This document shows, one piece after another, positions 58,931-64,000 of a DNA stretch of 64,000 nt (positions are counted from its first letter, which is position 1; the number at the start of each line of letters is the position of its first letter). The stretch is from Myxococcota bacterium (GTDB taxonomy: Bacteria; Myxococcota_A; UBA9160; UBA4427): positions 3,264,001-3,328,000 of the forward strand of contig OZ252299.1 of the NCBI GenBank assembly GCA_965250285.1. The letters are read 5' to 3'. The notes beneath the pieces are model-generated. The model had not been told where the DNA came from and made no database searches. It was given only the letters and a program-made list of their open reading frames with translations. The translations under genes were made by a program, and so were the position numbers.

Positions 58931-59181
58931 GAAGAAGCTGCTGGTCCGTCCTCGGGAGACCCGATCGCCGACACCCCGTCGAGACACCCCGCGCCGCCTC
59001 GCATCGAGGGGGTGACGTGGGGGGCCGCATTCGGCCCCGCGCTGGGGGCCCGGGGCCCGGTCTCGAGCCGCTGCCGTTCGATGATCCGCCTGGGCGAGCC
59101 TCGGGCTGCCCTCGCGGAGCGCGCAGGGTACCGTCCCACCTCGGGAATCGCACCCACGAGCAACCCATCGAGGCACCACGC

Positions 59182-59805
59182 GTGAGCGCCCACGATCAGC
59201 CTGAGCCCGCTCCCTCCGGGGCCGACCGATGGCTCGGACGGCTCGTTGCCGCGGCGCTGCGCTGCCTCGGCGCGACCTGGCGGGTGCATGTCACGGGGCC
59301 CGATCCGTTCGCGTCGGGCCGCCAGCCGGTGCTCGGCGCGCTGCTGCACCGCGACTTCCTGGTCGCGGCCTGGTTCTATCGCGACCGCGGGATCCACGTC
59401 GGCGTCTCGCGCAGCCGCGACGGTGCGCGCATCGACGCCGTTCTCCGCGCGCTCGGCTACGGCGGGTCGGCCCGTGGCTCGAGCACCCGGGGCGGCCTCG
59501 CGGCGCAGCGCGCCCTCCTCGGCCGGCTCGAAGCGGGTGCGTCCGTTGCGGTGGTCGTGGACGGACCTCGCGGGCCAGCCGGCGAGGCCAAGCCCGGCGT
59601 CGTGCAGCTGGCCCGGCACGCTGCCCGCCCGATCCAGCCCGTGGTGTTCGAGTCGCGGCCCGCCTGGCGCTTCGGCAGCTGGGACCGCACGGCCCTGCCC
59701 CTGCCGTTCGCACGCATCAACTGTCGCTATGCCGACCCGATCGAGGTCGCGGAGGGCGAGAAGGCCGAACCCGTCGCGCGGACACTGACGCAGCGACTGG
59801 ATTGA
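59182..59805 (+). CDS. DUF374 / lysophospholipid acyltransferase family protein
   Basis: S.SRDG, RGSSTRGG, DGPRGP and SWDR..LPLPF. Confidence 0.85.
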   Translation: MSAHDQPEPAPSGADRWLGRLVAAALRCLGATWRVHVTGPDPFASGRQPVLGALLHRDFLVAAWFYRDRGIHVGVSRSRDGARIDAVLRALGYGGSARGSSTRGGLAAQRALLGRLEAGASVAVVVDGPRGPAGEAKPGVVQLARHAARPIQPVVFESRPAWRFGSWDRTALPLPFARINCRYADPIEVAEGEKAEPVARTLTQRLD

Positions 59806-59807
59806 GG

Positions 59808-62180
59808 TCAGGCCCCAGCGAGCACCGTCTCGACCGTCTGCTCGAGCCAGGCCCCGACATCGGGGTGAGTGAGCAGACCGCTCTTCTGCAGCCGCCGGGC
59901 GGCGAGCGCGTGCACCTCGGCGGGGTTGCTCACGCGCAGTGCGTGCCGCGCGTCTTCGGCGACCTCGAGGCTGTCGAGGGCGCGGACGATCTCCTTGACC
60001 AGCGGCACGGCGGCGGGGACACCCGAGAGCTCGCCGATCCCGAGACCGACGAGGATCGGCACCGCGAGCGGGTTCGACGCCATCTCGCCGCAGACCGAGA
60101 TCGGGATGCCGGCCGACTTCGCCGCCCGCACCGATTGATCGATCAGCTGCAGCACGGCGGGGTGAAGCGGGTCGTAGAGGTGCGCCACGCGCTCGTTGCC
60201 GCGATCGACGGCGAGGGTGTACTGCGTCAGGTCGTTCGTCCCGATGCTGAAGAAGTCGCACTCGGCCGCGAGCGCAGGCGCGAGGATCGCCGCCGACGGC
60301 ACTTCGATCATGATGCCGATCGGCATGTGCGGGTCGTAGGGCAGCCCGCGATCGTCGAGCTGCTGTCGCGCCTCTTCGAGATACGACTTCGCCTCTCGCA
60401 GCTCTTCGACGCTCGAGATCATCGGCAAGAGCAGTCGCACCTGGCCCTCGGCGCTCGCCCGCAGGATCGCGCGCAGCTGGGCCTTGAAGGCGCGCTCGTT
60501 GTCGAGCGCGAGACGGATCGAGCGACAGCCGAGCTGCGGGTTCTCTTCGAACTCGAGGCCGAGGTTCGGGATGCCCTTGTCGCCGCCGAGGTCGAGCGTC
60601 CGAATCGTCGCGGTCGCGTCGCCCATCTGACGAACCACGCGCAGATAGAGCTGCTCCTGTTCCTCCTGGCTCGGGAAGCCGCGATGCGCGAGTGCGAGCA
60701 GCTCGGTGCGGAAGAGCCCGATGCCTTCGGCACCGTGCTGACCGATCAGCCGCAGATCGGCGAGCAACCCGACGTTCGCCGAGAGCTTCACGACATGGCC
60801 GTCGCGGGTCTCGGCCGGGCGCTCACGCAGCGCGTCGAGATGTTCGACGGCCACCTCGTACTGATGCTGTGCATCCTGGTAGTACGCGAGCAGACCTTCG
60901 TCGGGCGAGAGATACACGGCCCCCGTCGACCCATCGACGATGCACTGCTCGCCCTCGCGCGCCTCGTCCGAGATGCCGGTCACGCCGGTCACCGCGGGGA
61001 TCTCGAGCGTGCGCGCGAAGATGGCCCCGTGCGAGGTCGAGCCGCCGTGCTCGGCGACGATCGCCGCCACGTTCTCCATCTCGAGCTTCGAGAAGAGACC
61101 GGCCAGCACCGCATCGACGACGAGCACCGAGCCGGGCTGCATCGGCTCGTGGTGGTCGCGCACGCCGAGCAGCTGCTCGATCACGCGCTGCCCGACGTCC
61201 TGGATGTCGGCGCCGCGCTCGCGAAAGTACGGATCCTCGATGCGCTCGAAGGTCTCACGGTAGGCGTCGAGCACCGCGCGCAGCGCCCTGAGCGCATTCG
61301 CCTCGCGCGCCACCGCCTGCTCGAGATTCTGAACGAAGCCCTTGTCCTCGAGGATCTGGATCTGCGTGTGGAACACCGCCGCGAACTCGGGACCGAAGCG
61401 CTCTCCCACGTTCTCGCGCGCGTCTTCGATCTCACGGCGCGTCGCCGCGAGGGCGGTATCGAGATCGACGGCCTCCTGCTCCGCCGTCGCCGCCGGCGTG
61501 TACTCGATGTGGTCGAGATCGACGGGGCTCTCGACGCGGTAGACCGGGCCGATCGCGACGCCCCGCGACGTCGGAATCCCGCGCAGCTCGACGTTCGACT
61601 CGGCGCGGGTCGAAGGTCGACTCCCCGTGACGCGCGCGACGACCTCGCTGCGGGTCTCGTCGCTGCGCGACATCAGCGAGAGCAGCTGGGCGTTGACGAC
61701 GACCGGAGCGATCAGCTGCGCACAGGTCTGCAGTAGATCGACATCCTCTTCGTGGAATCGCCGGGGGGTCTCGGTCTGCGTGACGAGCACGCCGATCGCG
61801 ATGGTCGAGCCCTGCATCGTGAGCGGCACCGCGAGCAGCGACTCGAAGCGCTCCTCGCCGGTCTGGGGGAAGTAGCGGTAGTTCGGGTCTTCACTCGCGT
61901 GCTCGATCGCGATCGGCTCGCCCTGCTCGGCCGAGAGGCCGACGAGGCCCTCGCCGAGCGACAGACGCACCTTCCCCACAGACGAGGGGTCGAGCCCCTT
62001 CGTCGCGCGCAACGTCAGATGGGTCAGATCGGTGTCGGTCAGATAGACCGAGCACACGTCGGCCTCGAGTCGTCTCGCGACGAGCTCGGTGACGTTGGCG
62101 AGGGTCTCCTGCAGGTCGTGGCTTCGAGAGACGATCTCGGCCACGTCCGCGAGGATCGAAATGCGGTCCGGAATGGCCAC
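59808..62180 (-). CDS. ptsP: PEP-protein phosphotransferase with N-terminal GAF domain (EI-Ntr)
   Basis: GAF (DVCSVYL..GEGLVG), phospho-His GGSTSH, GIGLFRTE, RTLDLGGDK, SIGTNDLTQY and VCGEMA. Start at 62180 or 62216. Confidence 0.92.
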   Translation of the reverse strand: MAIPDRISILADVAEIVSRSHDLQETLANVTELVARRLEADVCSVYLTDTDLTHLTLRATKGLDPSSVGKVRLSLGEGLVGLSAEQGEPIAIEHASEDPNYRYFPQTGEERFESLLAVPLTMQGSTIAIGVLVTQTETPRRFHEEDVDLLQTCAQLIAPVVVNAQLLSLMSRSDETRSEVVARVTGSRPSTRAESNVELRGIPTSRGVAIGPVYRVESPVDLDHIEYTPAATAEQEAVDLDTALAATRREIEDARENVGERFGPEFAAVFHTQIQILEDKGFVQNLEQAVAREANALRALRAVLDAYRETFERIEDPYFRERGADIQDVGQRVIEQLLGVRDHHEPMQPGSVLVVDAVLAGLFSKLEMENVAAIVAEHGGSTSHGAIFARTLEIPAVTGVTGISDEAREGEQCIVDGSTGAVYLSPDEGLLAYYQDAQHQYEVAVEHLDALRERPAETRDGHVVKLSANVGLLADLRLIGQHGAEGIGLFRTELLALAHRGFPSQEEQEQLYLRVVRQMGDATATIRTLDLGGDKGIPNLGLEFEENPQLGCRSIRLALDNERAFKAQLRAILRASAEGQVRLLLPMISSVEELREAKSYLEEARQQLDDRGLPYDPHMPIGIMIEVPSAAILAPALAAECDFFSIGTNDLTQYTLAVDRGNERVAHLYDPLHPAVLQLIDQSVRAAKSAGIPISVCGEMASNPLAVPILVGLGIGELSGVPAAVPLVKEIVRALDSLEVAEDARHALRVSNPAEVHALAARRLQKSGLLTHPDVGAWLEQTVETVLAGA

Positions 62181-62232
62181 CTCCCGCCGGACGAAACGTC
62201 CGCGAACAGATGGCACAGCGTAGCAGGGGGGT

Positions 62233-62256
62233 GCGGGGCCCCGTGTGGGGCCCCGC
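62233..62256. other. GC-rich hairpin between the HTH gene and ptsP
   Basis: GCGGGGCCCC-GTGT-GGGGCCCCGC, a perfect 10-bp stem with no U-tract. Confidence 0.45.
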
Positions 62257-62306
62257 GCCTGCGAGGGACGCGCCGGGCCCGGGGGCCCTCGGCGCCCTCG
62301 GCGCTG

Positions 62307-62597
62307 CTACTGGTGGTGCGGGAAGGGCAGCGACGGGCGCGTGGGCGGAAACACGAGGTCCTTGTCCTCGAAACGCAGACCGAGCGCGAGAAGAATCTTG
62401 CGCTTGGTGTCCATGCGGCAGTTCATGCCCTTCTCGACGCTGTGGATCGTGCGCAGCGCCACCTTCGCCTTACGAGCAAGCTGCGCCTGAGTCATCAGCT
62501 TGTTCTCACGCAGCTCGCGCACGCGGTTGTGCACGCGCTCGGGCTGCTCGGGCTGTGCCTGCAGAGCAGGCGGGTTCATATCGTGCATCTCACTCAT
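62307..62597 (-). CDS. Small XRE-family HTH regulator
   Basis: NRVRELRENKLMTQAQLARKAKVALRTIHSVEKG..CRMDTKRKILLALG. Confidence 0.85.
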   Translation of the reverse strand: MSEMHDMNPPALQAQPEQPERVHNRVRELRENKLMTQAQLARKAKVALRTIHSVEKGMNCRMDTKRKILLALGLRFEDKDLVFPPTRPSLPFPHHQ

Positions 62598-62792
62598 GGC
62601 CGAAATCCTCGGGAGGCTCCGTGAATCACTCACGGAGAGCGGTCTCAAAGCACGTCCCAGATTTCGGAGGACGAGGGGCTTTCTTTAGTAAAAATGGGCT
62701 CTTGGAAGGCTTCGTGACGATCGGAGTGCGCGCGCAGGCTGCTCGCAGGGTTGCGGAGTCGCGCCCGCAGGTTGAGGGAACGCATCGCCGCC

Positions 62793-62829
62793 GCACGAAC
62801 CCTCAATGGACCCAAATGAGGGTTCGTGC
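62793..62829. promoter_or_regulatory. 13-bp perfect inverted repeat in a divergent intergenic region
   Basis: GCACGAACCCTCA-N11-TGAGGGTTCGTGC. Confidence 0.5.
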
Positions 62830-62967
62830 ACCGGCAATTTCGAGGCGCTCCGGCCATGGGTCGCATTCCGCTCCCATGCGACGCGCGCCCGCCAAAGTGC
62901 GGCATTCCGCCCGTATGCGACTCACGCCCATCACTCTGCTACCTCATGGGCTTTCGAGGAGAGCCCG

Positions 62968-64000
62968 TTGCGGCGCGCCCTGATCCGCACCCTCATCCTC
63001 GCTTCGCTCTTCCTGCTGGCCATCGCGGGTGGCTATCTCCTTTCTGCCCGCGTGGGAAAGGAAGCGCTGCGTGTCGAGGTCGAGCGGCAGCTCGAGAAGA
63101 TCTTCTTCGGCGACGTCGAGATCGGTCAGACCCGCCTCGTCATCCGCGGCGGCCTCTACCTCGAGGGCGAGGACATCTCGGTCTACAACTGGGAGACCGG
63201 TGAGTTCATCGGCGGTCTGCACGCGCCCCGCGCGGTCGCCGAGATCGATCCGTTCGCGCTGATCCTCGGCCGCTTCCGTCTGCTCTACCTGATGGCGGAC
63301 GGGATCGAGTTTCACATCGAGCACATCGACGTCGCGAAGTGGCGACCGCCGCCGGTGCAGTGGCTGCAGGACAAGCGCGACCGCACCCGCATCGAAGGCG
63401 ACCTCGAGAACAGTCTCGACTTCTGGCGCACCGTCGAGAACGTCACGCGCACCCTGCTGACCAAGCCGCTCGCCGCCCGTCAGATCGAAGTGCGGCACGG
63501 GCGGGTCACCTTCCGCGACAACCGCGTGCTCGACACCGACGGCGAGCCCCTCGAGCTCGAGCTCGTCGACGTCGAGGGCGAGCTCACCCACCAGTGGCTG
63601 TCGGGCAACGCCGAGCTGATGGTCGACGCACGCCTGATCCGCAAAGCCGCAGGCGACGACGCACCGGGGCACCCCGTGCACATCGAAGGGCGGCAGCGCG
63701 ATGACGACATGCAGCTCTGGCTGCGCACCGAACGCGTGCCCGCGATCCTGCTCGGCTACTACGTGCAGCCGGGCGGCTTCGACTATGCGCCCCGCGGCGC
63801 CATCACCGGCGACGGCTACTTCGAGACCGACGAGATCGGCCATGCCCGAATGACCCTCGACTGGGAGGTCGAGGGGTTCTCGGCGCGGCTTCCGACCCAC
63901 GCGACGCCGCTGTCGCTCGCGACGCCGAAGCTCCGCGTGCGGGGAGACGCGACGCTCGACCCCGACAAGTTCGAGCTGCTGCGCATGGATTTCGATGGCG
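62968..64000 (+). CDS. AsmA/YhdP-like envelope protein, runs off the window end
   Basis: GAGGAG RBS plus TTG; MRRALIRTLILASLFLLAIAGGY TM anchor followed by beta-rich sequence with no stop before 64000. Absent from the ORF track because it is truncated. Confidence 0.7.
   Translation, partial: MRRALIRTLILASLFLLAIAGGYLLSARVGKEALRVEVERQLEKIFFGDVEIGQTRLVIRGGLYLEGEDISVYNWETGEFIGGLHAPRAVAEIDPFALILGRFRLLYLMADGIEFHIEHIDVAKWRPPPVQWLQDKRDRTRIEGDLENSLDFWRTVENVTRTLLTKPLAARQIEVRHGRVTFRDNRVLDTDGEPLELELVDVEGELTHQWLSGNAELMVDARLIRKAAGDDAPGHPVHIEGRQRDDDMQLWLRTERVPAILLGYYVQPGGFDYAPRGAITGDGYFETDEIGHARMTLDWEVEGFSARLPTHATPLSLATPKLRVRGDATLDPDKFELLRMDFDG

Noticed and set aside
62211..62225. Sigma54-like TGGCAC...TAGCA
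   Set aside because: GG-GC spacing is 9 rather than 10 and it points antisense into the HTH gene.

Overview
A very GC-rich, gene-dense chromosomal segment with about 56 CDS. It is most likely from a Myxococcota/deltaproteobacterial-type bacterium; this is inferred from the deltaproteobacterial-type PilA with a sigma54 promoter and the many acyl-CoA, CaiB and crotonase genes. It carries housekeeping and metabolic genes (leuS, frdABCD, aguA/aguB, cyoE, ptsP, panE, pabB-like, nhaR with carbonic anhydrase and SulP, bolA, hsp20), a solo type IV pilin, and several envelope systems: HlyD-ABC-2, an MMPL/RND with a large insertion, a LolA-like/LolCDE-like/beta-barrel operon, and a truncated AsmA-like gene. 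I saw no rRNA, tRNA, CRISPR array, transposase or integrase. The most striking unexplained signal is a dispersed 186-nt intergenic element with two full copies (3233-3418, 6406-6591) and one truncated, inverted copy (about 8470-8610). Each full copy is closed by a perfect 18-bp terminal stem; the two stems differ by six compensated base pairs, and the internal conserved blocks keep gapless spacing. It is a candidate novel structured ncRNA/ssDNA repeat clustered around pilA. Start codons were chosen by eye from RBS and family context, and no database searches were run.
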